DNA of 64,000 nt from Pristiophorus japonicus (Eukaryota). Under the pieces are notes generated by a model. The model was not told the origin of the DNA. It saw only the letters and a program-made list of their open reading frames with translations, and searched no databases. The stretch lies in NCBI RefSeq assembly GCF_044704955.1, contig NC_091991.1, forward strand, positions 13,950,001-14,014,000, read 5' to 3'. Positions 34,601 to 49,600 of this stretch are shown piece after piece; position 1 is the first letter of the stretch, and the number at the start of each line of letters is the position of its first letter. The position numbers and the translations under genes were made by a program.

Positions 34601-37600
34601 AGGAACGGTTAACATTACATGAAGCTTTGATCAGATTGTCCTGTAAATGCAACACTGCACCAAAAGCAGTGAAGCAATTCTGAGTGGGTTTGACGTGTGC
34701 AGGATCAGTGCTGGCACACACCCGGCTTTTACAAGCCTCTTAGTCACTTCAACACCGGAGCACCCAGACGCTGAGGGAGGAAATTCTAACCCCAAAAACG
34801 GATGGGTTGGGGGTCGAGTGCAAGATTAGAGTGTTAAAAATCTGAATCCCAACCCCAACCTGCCCACTTCCGTTTAATGGAGGTGCGACGGGGTTGGGGG
34901 GAAGCTAACCTGCTCCAGGAGGTGAGTCAGCCATTATAATGAGGCATGCCTCATGATGATCCACCATTTTATATCTAACTCTGGCTGGCCGGGTTTCTCA
35001 GACCTCGGGGAACGTGGCAGCGGAGGACAGCTGGATCCATGGGGCAAGTGCCTTTCCATTTACCTGCTGAATTCACGTCCCAACCTCGCCAACCTCCTGA
35101 AATCAGACACCCACCCCCGACCTCTCCGATCTTCTACCCGCCCCTCCCACACCCCCTCCCCCCCCCCACCCCCAGCCTGGCACCGCAGGCCTACTCATCC
35201 GCCGGCCTGCCACCCTCTCCATCCAGCTGGCTGCGGGCAGGAATTAGTGCTTGGAAATGCTAACCAGGCTGTGCAGTTAAATTCGGGAGGGCCTGTGGGA
35301 AACCAGTTCTCCTGGGTTTCCCGACACTTTCTAATACCCCTTTTCCCCACCGCCAAGCTCCCTAACCACCTCCAAACTAAAATTCCGGACGGAGTGTGTA
35401 CAGGGGGGGTTGCTATAGGACCTCAGCGGACTGTGAGCAGTACTATGTTCCAGGTTATAGGGCAGATACTGAGACTTCAGACCGGGTACAGCGCTGAGTT
35501 ACTGGGGGGCGGAAATACAGAGCAAGACGTGGAAATTGGTGGGCCATGGAGACGTCGGGCGGTGAATATTAACGGTGCTCACGCCGTACTGGGACTATCA
35601 GCCAGGCAATGACTGCAATCCACTGATCGCCTGCCTGCTTGGGGGAGGTGGTTAATGATCCCTAAATATGTATACCGCTCCCAGCAGAACGCTGTCTGGT
35701 TTGGTATTGCGGAGCCACATGCTGTTGGCAACTGTATTATTACTCTGAATATTGATGGGATTCTGTGGGACAAAACACCCGAAGCTGACCCGATAAATCA
35801 TTCATTTCATTAACTCGTTCTGTTAAAGTACAAATCCTGTGGATGGAATCATCTGTGAACATTTGATTCATTCTCTCTCGCGCCCCCCTTGCATTTTACA
35901 ATAGGAGTGAAGCTGGACTGTGAATCAGGTGCTGCTTTTGCTCTGGGTTTCATGGTGTATCGGAACGCTGGTTCACAGCCTGTTTAGGTCTTTGCTGCTA
36001 TCGGTCCCGGTGAATCCCGCACCGTCACTGTTTGGTGAGGGTCAGTGCTCCGAGCCAGCGGCATGAGACCCTACCGATCTCAGTATCCCATAGCAACTCC
36101 CAACCGATCCCAGTATCCCACAACAACTCCCAACTGATTCTGTTACACAATGGCAACTCCCGACCGATCCCAGTATCCCACGGCAACTCCCGACTGATCC
36201 CACTACACCACTGCAACTCCCGACCGATCCCAGTATCCCATAACAACACCCAACCGATCCCGGTATCCCACGGCAACTCCCGACTGATCCCAGTATCCCA
36301 CCACAGTACCTGCACCGCAGGAGAGACGTCGTGTTGTCTGAGCTGCTGGACCTGCATTCAGCGAACTCTTTAAGTGTTGTTACACCTTGTACTGACAGAT
36401 AGTAAACTTACCCAATTGGGTGAAACTTCAAGTGTCCTTAGATCTTCAGTCACCTTTCATTAGTGAGTAACCTTTGCCCAGTGTCCAATTTCTGTGCTAC
36501 TGAATGGTGGGGGTTTGCACAGTGCAGGAATGATGGTTCTTTTTGGGGAAGCGTGGGAGGGGCTTGTAACGGTGTTGGTCGGAGTCGGCAATGATCAGGT
36601 GCTGCCTGTATCAACCCTTCAAGGCAGGATTTCTTTTGTCAGCAGTGTCATTGACCGGGTCTTTGTGTGGTTTGGTGAGTGAAGGTTGCGAGAGCGATTG
36701 TTAACTCCAAGTATGCTAAACATTGAATGCACAATGATCACATCAGAAGGATAGTTACTGAGTTTCTATTAATCTGTTTAATTTTTGTCGCTATTTCGGT
36801 TATTTGTCGCTAGTTGTGCTTTGTTTTCTGGAACCTGTTAGAAATGGTTATAAATCTTGAGTGGAGAATTTCCTGAGCTGAGATGTGTTGCGAAAGCTCT
36901 TTGTTTTGTCCTGGCTTCTGAGAGATGATCGTTCAAAATCCATCTCTGCACAAAATAATAAACACACTTCTCAATTTTAAGACCAGCTGCACATGGTCTC
37001 TCCTGCAAGCCCTCTTTGGAAAACAGTGTGTGAGATAATCGTGAATATTAAATCAGTCCCGACTCCAATTTTACAGTCTGGTTTGGATGCAATTACCTGG
37101 TCTCCCAGCGACCATCATTGAATGAAAAGAAAAAAATTGTAATTGTTTATCTCAAATTCTTGTAAATACACTGAGAGGCCAAGTTACTGCAAAGCCAGCT
37201 TGTTCACGTTCCGTGGGGTTTTTGAGTGTGTATAGAGAATATGACAGTCTGCAGTCACGTGCAACATGTGTAAATCGTCTTTGGTTGTAATGGTTTTGTG
37301 CTGTGTGCAGTTTGGGTGCTGTTTGGATATGGGTAACTTTCACATATATTGCCGTTCCTTCATCGTCGCTGGGTCAAAATCCTGAACTCCCTCCCTAACA
37401 GCACTGTGGGAGCATCTTCACCACACGGACTGCAGCAGTTCAAGAAGGCAGCTGACCACCACCACCTCAAGGGCAACTACGGATGGGCCATACGAACATA
37501 AGAAATAGGAACGGGAGTAGGCCATATGGCCCCTCGAGCCTGCTCCGCCATTCAATGTCATGGCTGATCTGATCATGGACTCAGCTTCACTTCCCTGCCC

Positions 37601-40600
37601 GCTTCCCAAATCCCCTTATCGCTCAAGAAACTGTCTATTTCTGTCTTAAATTTATTCAATGTCCCAGCTTCCACAGCTCTCCGAGGCAGCAAATTCCACA
37701 GATTTACAACCCTTTAAGAGAAGAAATTTCTCCTCATCTCTGTTTTAAATGGGTGGCCCCCTATTCTAAGATCTAGTTCTAGTCTCCCCCACCAGTGGAA
37801 ACACCCTCTCTGCATCCAGGCTGTCAAGCCCCCTCATAATCTTATACGTTTCGATAAGATCACCTCTCATTCATTCTTCTGAACTCCAATGAGTAGAGGC
37901 CCAACCTACTCAACCTTTCCTCATAAGTCAACCCCCTCATCCCCGGAATCAACCTAGTGAACCTTCTCTGAACTGCCTCCACAGCAAGTATATCCTTTCG
38001 TAAATATGGAAACCAAAACTGCACACAGTATTCCGGGTGTGGCTCACCAATACCTTGTATAGCTGTAGCAAAACTTCCCTGCTTTTATACTCCATCCCCT
38101 TTGCGATAAAGGCCAAGATACCATTGGCCTTCCTATTACTTGCAGTACCTGCATACTATCCTTTTGTGTTTCATGTACAAGTACCCCCAGGTCCCGCTGT
38201 ACTGCAGCACTTTGTCGTCTTTCTCCATTTAAATAATAACTTGCTCTGATTTTTTTCTGCCCAAGTGCATAACCTCACACTTTCCAACATTATACTCCAT
38301 CTGCCAAATTTTTGCCCATTCACTTAGCCTGTCTATGTCCTTTTGCAGATTTTTTTGTGTCCTCCTCACAAATTGCTTTTTCTCCCATCTTTGAATCGTC
38401 AGCAAACTTAGCTACGTTACACTCAGTCATTTTTTCGAAGCCGTTAATATAGATTGTAACTAGTTGGGGTCCCAGCACTGATCCATGCGGCACCCCACTA
38501 GTTACTGGTTGCCAACCAGAGAATGAACCATTTATCCCGACTCTGTTTTCTGTTAGTTAACCAATCCTCTATCCGTGCTCATATATTACCCCAAACCCTG
38601 TGAACATTTATCTTGTGCAGTAACCTTTTATGTGGCATCTTGTCAAATGCCTCTGGAAGTCCAAATACACCACATCCACTGGTCCCCCTTTATCCACCCT
38701 GTTCGTTACATCCTCAAAGAACTCTAGCAAATTTGTCAAACATGACTTCCCCTTCATAAATCCATGCTGACTCTGCCTGACTGAATTTTGCTTATCCAAA
38801 CGTCCTGCTACTGCTTCTTTAATAATAGACTCCAACATTTTCCCAACCACAGATGTTAGACTAACTGGTCTATAGTTTCCTCTTTTTGTCTGCCTCCTTT
38901 TTTGAATAGGGGTGTTACATTTGCAGTTTTCCAATCTGCTGGGACCTCCCCAGAATCCAGGGAATTTTTGTAAATTACATTCAATGCTTTCACAATCCCT
39001 GCCGCTACTTCTCAAGACCCTAGGATGCAAGCCATCAGGTCCAGGGGATTTATCTGTCTTTAGTCCCATTATCTTACTGAGTACCACCTCCTTAGTGATT
39101 GTGATTGTGTTAAGTTCCTTCCCCCCCATAGCCCCTTGACTATCCACTGTTGGAATATTGTTAGTGTCCTCTACCGTAAAGACTGATGCAAAATATTTTT
39201 TCAGAGTTTCTGCCATCTCCATGATCCACTTTACTAGTTCCCCGGTCTCGTCCTCTAAGGGACAAACATTTACTTTAGCCATTCTTTTCTTTTTTATATA
39301 CCTATAGAAACTCTTGCAATCTGCTTTTATATTTTGTGCTAGTTTACTTTCATAGTCTATCTTCCCTTTCTTAATCATTTTTTTAGTCGTGCTTTGCTTG
39401 CTTTTAAAAGTTTCCCAGTCTTCTGTCCTCCCAGTAGTTTTGGCCACTTTGTATGCCCTTGTTTTTAATTGGATACTGTCCTTTACTTCAGTTAGCCACG
39501 GATGGCTATTTTTTCTCTTACACCCTTTCCTCCTCACTGGAATATATTTTTCTTGAGAGTTGTGAAATATCTCCTTAAATGTACACCACTTTCATCAACT
39601 GTCCTACACTTTTATCTATTTTCCCAGTCCACTTTACCCAACTCTGCCCTCATACCTTCATAGTCTCCTTTATTTAAGCTTAGTATGCTGGTTAGAGATC
39701 CAACTTTCTCACCCTCCATCTCAACTTGAAATTCCATCATGCTATGATCACTCATTCCGAGGGGATCCTTTAATAGGAGATTGTTTATTAATCCTGTCTC
39801 ATTACACAGGACCAGATCTAAGAGAGCCTGCCCACTGGTTGGTTCCATTACATACTGCTCAAGAAACCCATCCCCTATGCACTCTATGAACTCCTCCTCA
39901 AGGCTACCCTGACCAATTTGATTTGTCCAATCAATATGGAGGTTAAAATCACCCATGATTATTGCTGTTCCCTTTTTACAAGCCCCCACTATTTCCTGGC
40001 TTATGCTCCGACCATTAAATGCCGGCCTTGCCAGCAATGCCCACATCCCATGAATGAATAATTTAAAAAGTGCGCCATCTTTGGAAGTCTGAATCATCCT
40101 ATATACCAACACAATTCTATACAATTATAGAATTTACATCACGGATACAGGCCATTCAGCCCAACAGGTCCATGTCAGTGTTTATGCTCCACACAAGCTT
40201 CCTCCCACCCCTAGTCATCTAACCCTGTCAGCAAACATATCCTTCTATTTCTTTCTCCATCATTTATTTATCCAGCTTCTCCTTAAATGCATCTCTGCTT
40301 TTCACCTCAACCACACCCTGTGGTAGCGAGTTCCAGATTCTCACCACTCTAGATAAAGATGTTTCTCCTGGATTCCCTATTGGATTTATTAGTGACTATC
40401 TTATATTTATGGCCCCTAGTTCTAGTCTTCCCCACAAATGGATGCATCTTCTCTACGCCTATCCTATCGAACCCCTTCATAATTTTAAAGACTTCTAGCA
40501 GGTTACCCTTCCGTCTTCTCTTTTCTAGAGAAAGGAGTCCCAGCCTATTTGGCCTTTACTGATAGTTATAACCTCTCAAATCTGGTAAAGTCCAACAATG

Positions 40601-43600
40601 TGAGTAATTCACAAATCTGCAGTTAGACATAAACCTTCCAAGGAATGAGAAATCTTGTGAGCAATAAATTCATTTCTATCACTTTCCAAATCTGACTGTC
40701 ACTGTAGGGAGAAATCGACAGGAGTCAAATGGTGAGAGTTTGTGGCAATTGGTGGGAGACAGAATCTTAGAATCTTACAGGTCTGAACGAGGCCATTCGG
40801 CCCGTCGTGCCTGTGCCGGCTGTTTGACCGAGTGACCTGATTCATCCCAGAGATATATTGGAGATTGTATGGGAAAGACATTAGTAAAGAAAAAATGCTA
40901 AATACTGGATGGGATAAGAATTGATAAAGAGGAGGTACTAGAAAGGTTGGCTGTACTTAAAGTAGATAAGTCACCAGGACCAGATGGGATGCAGCCTCGG
41001 ATGCTGAGGGAGGTTAAGGAGGAAATTGCGGAGGTGCTGGCCATAATCTTCCAATCCTCCTTAGATACAGTTTAACCTTGGTCATGGGGAAGCTTTTCGA
41101 AACTGTAATCAGGGAAAAAAATTAACAGTCACTTGGATAAGGGTGGATTAATTAAGGAAAGCCAGCACGGATTTGTTAAAAGCAAATTGTGTTTAACCAA
41201 CTTGATCGAGTTTTTTGATGAGGCAACAGATGGTTGGTGAGGGCAAAGTGGTTGATGTGGTGTACATGGGACTTCCAAAAGACGTTCGACAAAATGCCAC
41301 ATAATAGGCCAGCCAGCAAAGCTGAAGCCCATGGAATAAAAGGGACAGTGGCAGCATGGATACAAAATTGGCTAAATGACAGGAAAACCGAGTAGTGGTG
41401 AACGGTTGTTTATAGGACTGGAGGAAGGTATACAGTGGTGTTCCCCAGGGATCAGTACCAGGACCACTGCTTTTCTTGAAATATATTAATGACTTGAATG
41501 TTGGTGTACAGGGCACAATTTCAAAATTTGCAGATGAGACAAAACTTGGAAGTATAGTGAACAGTGAGGAGGATAATGGTAAACTTCAAAAATACATAGA
41601 CAGGCTGGTGAAATGGGTGGACACGTGGAAGATGAAATTTAACGCAGAGAAGTGTGAAGTGATACATTTTGGTAGAAAGAATGACGAGAGGAAATATAAA
41701 CTAAAGGATACAATACTAAAGGGGGTGAATGAAGAGAGAGGGACACTTGCGGAGGAGCAGCAAGAGATCGTGGCGGAGGTGTGGCGAATGTCTTTGTGGT
41801 GGAGGAGCGGCGAAAGCTCGTGGTGGCAGTGCGGCAAATGTTTGTGGCAGAGGAGTGGCGAGAGATCGTGGCGGAGGAACGGTGAGGGATTGTGGTGGAG
41901 GTACGGTGAATGTTTGTGGCGGAGGAGAGGCAAATGAGGGTACGGGGCCCAGAAGATCCAAGGGCCCAGGGACAGCCCACACTGCGATATGTGTGTGCTC
42001 TAGGTCCATGCAGCAGAACAGGTCTCCAGTCGTCCTGGTTAATCCTTGCTATTGGATAAAGGCCTAGCTCTGTCGAGCCCATGTGGTGGCTGATGTGCAG
42101 CGGTCACCACACGTTAAAAAAATCCACCCACAGACATCTTCTGTCCCTTCAATTGGAGTTCAGGACTGGATATCGGGTCCTTCATTGAAACATCTGTGAA
42201 CTCATGTGGAAGCAAGTCATCCTCGTTCGAGGGACTGCCGATGTCCTAATAAATCTTTTTTGCAACTTTTCCAATGCCTGTCTGTCCTTTCTGTAATATG
42301 GAGACCAGAATTGCACACAGTGCTCCAAGCGTGGTCTAAAGGTTCTATACAAGGTTAACAAACACCCCTGCTTTTCAATTCTATCCCTTTAGAAATGAAC
42401 CCCAGTGCTTTGTTTGCACTTTTTATGCCTTTGTTGACCTGTTTTACTACTTTGTGTATCTGTACCTCTGGATCCCCTTTCTGTATCCCTAGATCTCTTT
42501 ATTCTTTCCCTAGATCCCTTAAGAGACTGAGTCCAGCTTTCCTATAAATTAGCTGCTGTGCAAGCTTGAAATTTTGCCTCCATGCCAGCGCGTACAGTAA
42601 TCTAATGTGGATCGCAGTGAGGTGCATATTCTAATCGGAGAGCATGAAAGAATGTTGGCAAGTAAAATCAGGGAAAACACACAAAGGTGTTTTATAAATA
42701 CATTAAGAGCAAGAGGATAACTAGCGAATTAGTGGGGCCTATTAGAGACCACAGAGGAAATCTGTGTGTGGAGGCAGAAGATGTGGGTATGATTCTTAAT
42801 GAATACTTTGCATCTGTTTTCACAAAAGAGAGAGGCGATGCAGACTTTGCAATGAGGGAGGAGGAGTGTGAAATATTAGATGCGATAAACATAGTGAGAG
42901 AGGAAGTATTAAGGGGCTTAGCAGCTTTAAAACTGGTTAAATCCCCAGGCCTGGATGAAATGTATCCCAGGCTGTTAAGAGAAGCAAAGGAGGAAATAGC
43001 AGGGGCTCTGACTATCATTTTCCAGTCCTCGCTGGCTACAGGTGTGGTGCCAGAGGACTGGAGGACTGCTAATGTTGTACCTTTGTTTAAAAAGGGAGAA
43101 AGGGATAGACCGAATAATTACAGGCCAGTCAGCCTAACCTCAGTGTGGGAAAAGTATTGGAAAAAATCCTGAGAGACAGGATAAATCTTCATTTGGAAAG
43201 ACAATGATTAATCAGGGACAGTCACCATCGATTTGTTATGGGAAGGTCATGTCTGACTAATTTGATTGAATTTTTCGAGGAGGTAACCAGGAGGGTCGAT
43301 GAGGGCAGTGCATTTGATGTAGTGTATATGGATTTTAGCAAAGCTTTTGATAAGGTCCCACATGGCAGACTGGTCACGCAAGTAAAAGCCCATGGGATCC
43401 AGGGCAAAGTGGCAAGTTGGATCCAAAATTGGCTTGGAGGCAGGAAGCAAAGGGTAATGGTTGGGATGTTTTTGTGACTGGAAGGCTGTATCCAGTGGGG
43501 TTTCGCAGGGCTCAGTGCTGGGTCCCTTGCTTTCTGTGGTATATATTTTCATCGCCTCCAGGCTAGATCCAAGACCGTCCCATTCTCTGTCATCGAAATA

Positions 43601-46600
43601 CAATACATGGATGACATTTGCGTCTGCGCGCATTCAGAGGCTGAACTCCAAGCCATCGTCAACATCTTCAACTAGGCGTACGAAAGCATGGGCCTTACAC
43701 TAAACATCCGTAAGGCAAAGGTCCTGCACCAACCTGACCCCGCCCTATAGCACTGCCCCCGCCCCCCCCCCGGTCATCAAAATCCACGGCTCAGCCTCGG
43801 ACCACGTGGACCACTTTCCATACCTCGGGAGCCTACTATCGGCAGGGACAGTCATCGATGATGAGGTCCAACACCTTCTCCAGTGCATCAGCGCAGCCTT
43901 CGGTCGCCTGAGGAAGAGAGTGTTTGAGGATCAGGCCCTCAAATCTGGCACCAAGCTTATGGTCTACAGGGCTGTAGTGATACCCGTCCTCCTGTAAGGC
44001 TCAGAGATGTGGACCATATACAGCAGACACCTCAAATCGCTGGAGAAATATCACCAACGATGTCTCCGCAAGATCCTGCAAATCCCCTGGGAGGTTAGAT
44101 ACACCAATGTCAGTGTTCTCGATCAGGCCAGCATTGAAGCACTGACCGCACTCGACCAGCTCCGTTAGGCGGACTACACTGTCCGCATGCCGGACACAAG
44201 ACTCCCAAAGCAGCTCTACTCGGAACTCCTACATGGCAAGCGAGCCCCAAGTGGGCAGAGGAAACGTTTCAAGGACACCTTCAAAGCCTCTTTGATAAAG
44301 TGCAACGTCCCCACCGACACTTGGCCAAAGACCACCCTAAGTGGAGGAAGAGCATCCGGGAGGGCGCTGAGCACCTCGAGTCTCGTCACGAGAGCATGCA
44401 GAAAACAAGCGCAGGCAGCAGAAGGAGCAAACGGCAAACCAGTCCCACCCACCCTTTCCTTCAACGACTGTCTGTCCCACCTGTGATAGAGACTATAATT
44501 CCTGTATTGGGCTGTACAGTCACCTGAGAACTCATTTTGAGTGGAAGCAAGTCTTCCTCGATTTTGAGGGACTGCCTATGATGATGATGGACTTGAATGT
44601 TGGGGGTTAAGAAGTTTGCAGATGACACTAAAATAGGCTGTGTGGTTGATAATGCAGAAGAAGTGTAAACCACAAGGTGATAGGAAGGGACGATATGTAT
44701 GAATATAAAGAGGCTGCAGGAGGGGTCAAAACTAAAAATCATGGTTTAAAAACTAGTATTAAAACACTCTACCTAAACGCAAGCAGCATTCGAAATAAAG
44801 TCAATGAGTTGACGGCACAAATCATTACAAATGGGTATGATTTGGTGGTCATTACAGAAACGTGGTTGCAGGGGGGCCAAGACTGGGGATTAAACATACA
44901 GGGTTATCTGACAATTCGGAAAGATAGACAAGAAGGGAAAGGAGGTGGGGTCGCTCTGTTAATAAAGGATGATATCAGGGCAATTGTGAGAGACGAAATG
45001 TTATGAACAAAAAATCTTATGAACAAAATGTTGAATCATTGTGGATGGAGATTAGAGATAGTAAGGGGAAAAAGTCACTGGTGGGCGTAGTTTATAGGCC
45101 CCCCAAATAATAACTTCACGGTGGAGCGGGCAATAATCAAGGGAATAATGGAGGCATATGAAAAAGGAACGGCAGTAATCAAGGGGGATTTTAATCTACA
45201 TATCGATTGGTCAAATCAAATCGCACGGGGTAGCCTGGAGGAGGAATTCATAGAATGCATACGGGATTGTTTCTGAGAACAGTATGTTACAGAACCTACA
45301 AGGGAGCAAGCTACCTTAGATCTGGTCCTGTGCAATGAGACAGGAATAATAAACGATCTCCTTGTAAAAAATCCTCTCGGAATGAGTGATCACAGTATGG
45401 TTGAATTTGTAATACAGATTGAGGGTGAGGAAGTTGTGTCAGAAACGAGCGTACTATGCTTAAACAAAGGGGACTACAGTGGGATGAGGGCAGAGTTGGC
45501 TAAAGTAGACTGGAAGCACAGACTAAACAGTGGCACAATTGAGGAACAGTGGAGGACTTTTAAGGAGCTCCTTCATTGTGCTCAACAAAAATATATTCCA
45601 GTAAAAAAGAAGGGCGGTAAGAGAAGGGATAACCAGCAGTGGATAACCAAGGAAATAAAGGAGAGTATCAAATTAAAAACCAATGCGTATAAGGTGGCCA
45701 AGGTTAGTGGGAAACTAGAAGATTGGGAAAATTTTAAACGACAGCAAAGAATGACTAAGAAAGCAATAAAGAAAGGAAAGATAGATTACGAAAGTAAAGT
45801 TGCGCAAAACATAAAAACAGATAGTAAAAGCTTTTACCGATATATAAAACGGAAAAGAGTGACTAAAGTAAACGTTGGTCCCTTAGAAAATGAGAAGGGG
45901 GATTTAATAATGGGAAATGTGGAAATGGCTGAGACCTTAAACAATTATTTTGCTTCGGTCTTAACAGTGGAAGACACAAAAACCATGCCAAAAATTGCTG
46001 GTCACGGGAATGTGGGAAGGGAGGACCTTGAGATAATCACTATCACTAGGGGGGTAGTGCTGGACAGGCTAATGGGAATCAAGATAGACAAGTCCCCTGG
46101 TCCGGATGAAATGCATCCCAGGGTATTAAAAGAGATGGCGGAAGTTATAGCAGATGCATTCGAGATAATCTTACCAAAATTCTTTGGACTCTGGGGAGGT
46201 ACCAGCGGATTGGAAAGCAGCTAATGTAACGCCTCTGTTTAAAAAAGGGGGCAGATAACATCTGTAATGGGAAAAATGCTTGAAGCTATCATTAAGGAAG
46301 AAATAGCGGGACATCTAGATAGGAATAGTGCAATCAAGCAGACGCAGCATGGATTCATGAAGGGGAAATCATGTTTAACTAATTTACTGGAATTCTTTGA
46401 GGATATAACGAGCATGGTGGATAGAGGTGTACCGATGGATGTGGTGTATTTAGATTTCCAAAAGGCATTCGATAAGGTGCCACACAAAAGGTTACTGCAG
46501 AAGATAAAGGTACGCGGAGTCAGAGGAAATGTATTAGCATGGATAGAGAATTGGCTGGCTAACAGAAAGCAGAGAGTCGTGATAAATGGGTCCTTTTCGG

Positions 46601-49600
46601 GTTGGAAATCGGTGGTTAGTGGTGTACCACAAGGATCGGTGCTGGGACCACAACTGTTTACAATATACATAGATGGCCTGGAAGAGGGGACAGAGTGTAG
46701 TGTAACAAAATTTGCAGATGACACAAAGATTAGTGGGAAAGCGGGTTGTGTAGAGGACACAGAGGCTGCAAAGAGATTTCGATAAGTTAAGCGAATGGGC
46801 TAAGGTTTGGCAGATGGAATACAATGTCGGAAAATGTGAGGTCATCCATCTTGAAAAAAAAAACAGTAAAAGGGAATATTATTTGAATGGGGAGAAATTA
46901 CAACATGCTGCGGTGCAGAGGGATTTGGGGGTCCTTGTGCATGAATCCCAAAAAGTTAGTTTGCAGGTGCAGCAGGTAATCAGGAAGGCGAATGGAATGT
47001 TGGCCTTCATTGCGAGAGGGATGGAGTACAAAAGCAGGGAGGTCCTACTGCAACTGTACAGGGTATTGGTGAGGCCGCACCTGGAGTACTGCGTGCAGTT
47101 TTGGTCACCTTACTTAAGGAAGGATATACTGGCTTTGGAGGGGGTACAGAGACGATTCACTAGGATGATTCCGGAGATGAGAGGGTTATCTTATGATAAT
47201 AGATTGAGTAGACTGGGTCTTTACTCGTTGGAGTTCAGAAGGATGAGGGGTGATCTTATAGAAACATTTAAAATAATGAAAGGGATAGACAAGATAGAGG
47301 CAGAGAGGTTGTTTCCACTGGTTGGGGAGACTAGAACTAGGGGGCACAGCCTCAAAATACGGGGGAGCCAATTTAAAACCGAGTTGAGAAAGAATTTCTT
47401 CTCCCAGAGGGTTGTGAATCTGTGGAATTCTCTGCCCAAGGAAGCAGTTGAGGCTAGCTCATTGAATGTATTCAAGTCACAGATAGATTTTTAACCAATA
47501 AGGGAATTAAGGGTTACGGAGAGCGGACGGGTAAGTGGAGCTGAGTCCACGGCCAGATCAGCCATGATCTTGTTGAATGGTGGAGCAGGCTCGAGGGGCT
47601 AGATGGCCTACTCCTGTTCCTAATTCTTATGTTCTTATGTAAGAAAGCTGCGGTTTGCAGGAAGATATCTATGTACTGGTCAGTGAGCGGAACAGTGGCA
47701 AATGGAATTCAATCCAGATAACTGAGAAAATGCATTTGGGGAGGTCTAACCAGGCAAGGGAATACACATTCAGTTGAACGACACTAAAAAGGAACAAAGG
47801 GGACTGTAGGTCCACAGATCCCTGAAGGTAGCAGCCCAGGTAGCTCAGGTGGTTAAGAAGCATATGGAATACTTGCCTTTATTAGTCTAAACATAGAATA
47901 CAAGAGCAAGGAGATTATGCTTGAACTGTATAAAACACTGGTTAGGCTGCAGCTGGAGTACTGTGTGCAGTTCTGGTTACTACATTACAGGAAAGATGTG
48001 ATTGCACTGGAAAGGATGCAGAGGAGATTTACAAGAATGTTGCCTGTACTGGAGAATTTTGGCTGAGGAAAGATTGTAGATGCTGGGTCTGTTTTCTTTG
48101 GAACAGAGGAGGCTGAGGGGGGAGACCTGATTGAGGTGTATAAAATTATGAGGGGCCTGGATAGAGTGGATAGGGAGGGCCTGTTTCCCTTGGCAGAAGG
48201 GTCAAAACCAGAGGACATAGATTTAAAGTAATTGGGGGGAGGTTTACAGGAGATTTGAGGGGATATGTCTTCACCCAGAGGGTGGTGGGGATCTGGAACT
48301 CAGTGGCTTGAAAGGGTGGCAGAGGCAGAAACCCTCACCATATTTAAAAGGTACTTGGATATGCACTTGAAGTGCCGTAACTTACAGGGCTACAGACCAA
48401 GATCTGGAAAGTGGGATTAGGCTGGATAGCTCTTGGTCGGCCGGCGTGGACACAATGGGCCGAAATGGCCTCCTTCTGTGCTGTAAATTTCTATGATTCT
48501 ATGATATCGCAGTGTGTGTGCGTGCTATAATCTGATGCAGATCGCAATGTCCGTGTGTGTGCAGCAATCTGATGCAGGTTTATTTCAGGGGCCCGAGGTT
48601 TGCCTCAGCTCCTCCGCTGCTGAAGCCCTCATCCATGCCTTTTGTTACCTCCAGACTTGACTATTCCAGCGCACTTCTGGCTGGCCTCCCACATTCTACT
48701 CAAACTAGTGGTGATCCACAACTCGGCTGCCCATATCCTAAGTCCCGATCACCCATCACCTCTGGGCTCGCTGATCTATATTGGCTTCCGGTTAAGCAAC
48801 GCCTCGATTTCAAAATTCTCATTCTTATTTTCAAATTCCTCCATTTCCTCCTTGCCCCTCCCTATCTCTGTAATCTCCTCCAGCCTTATAACCCTCCGAG
48901 ATGTCTGCGCTCCTCTAATTCTGCCCTCTTGAGCATCCCTGATTATAATCGCTCCACCATTGGTGGCCGTGCCTTCAGCTGCCTGGGCCCCAAGCTCTGG
49001 AACTCCCTGCCTAAACCTCTCCGTCTCTCTATCACTCTTTTCTCCTTCAAGACTCTCCTTAAAACCTAGCTCTTTGACCAAGCCTGCCCTAATTTCTACT
49101 TGTGCAGCTCGATGTCAATTTTTTTATATCGTAATACCCCTGTGAAGTGCCTTGGGATGTTTCACTACTAAAGGCGCTATATAAATACAAGTTGTTGTCG
49201 CTTGTGCATTGCTGTGAATCTTTAGCTCACTCACTCTTTTCCTTTCAGGTGCAGACTCTCCGCTGGCATCCGTTTGAAGCACAGACTCTTCTCTCTGGAT
49301 CTTTTGACAAGTGAGATACGATTCTAGGCATTTGTCTCCATTTTGTAAGTTATCCCCTCCCCTCTTGGAGCGTTGCTATCTTTGTCCTAACAGGCCCACC
49401 AGCTCTTCATATTTACAATTGCCAGCCTCTTGTTCAACTCTCTTCATGGCTTCGCCCCCCTCCCCCCCCATCTCTATAACCCCCTCCAGCCCTACACCAC
49501 TCCCTATCTCTAACCTCCTCCAACCCTACACCCTTCCCTAGCTCCGTAACCTCCTCCAGCCCCACAACCCTCCCTATCTCTAACCTACTCCAGCCTCTAC

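Noticed and set aside
34953-35612. 219-aa ORF in intron 9
   Set aside because: Overlaps a C-rich probable repeat; no motif or splice support.
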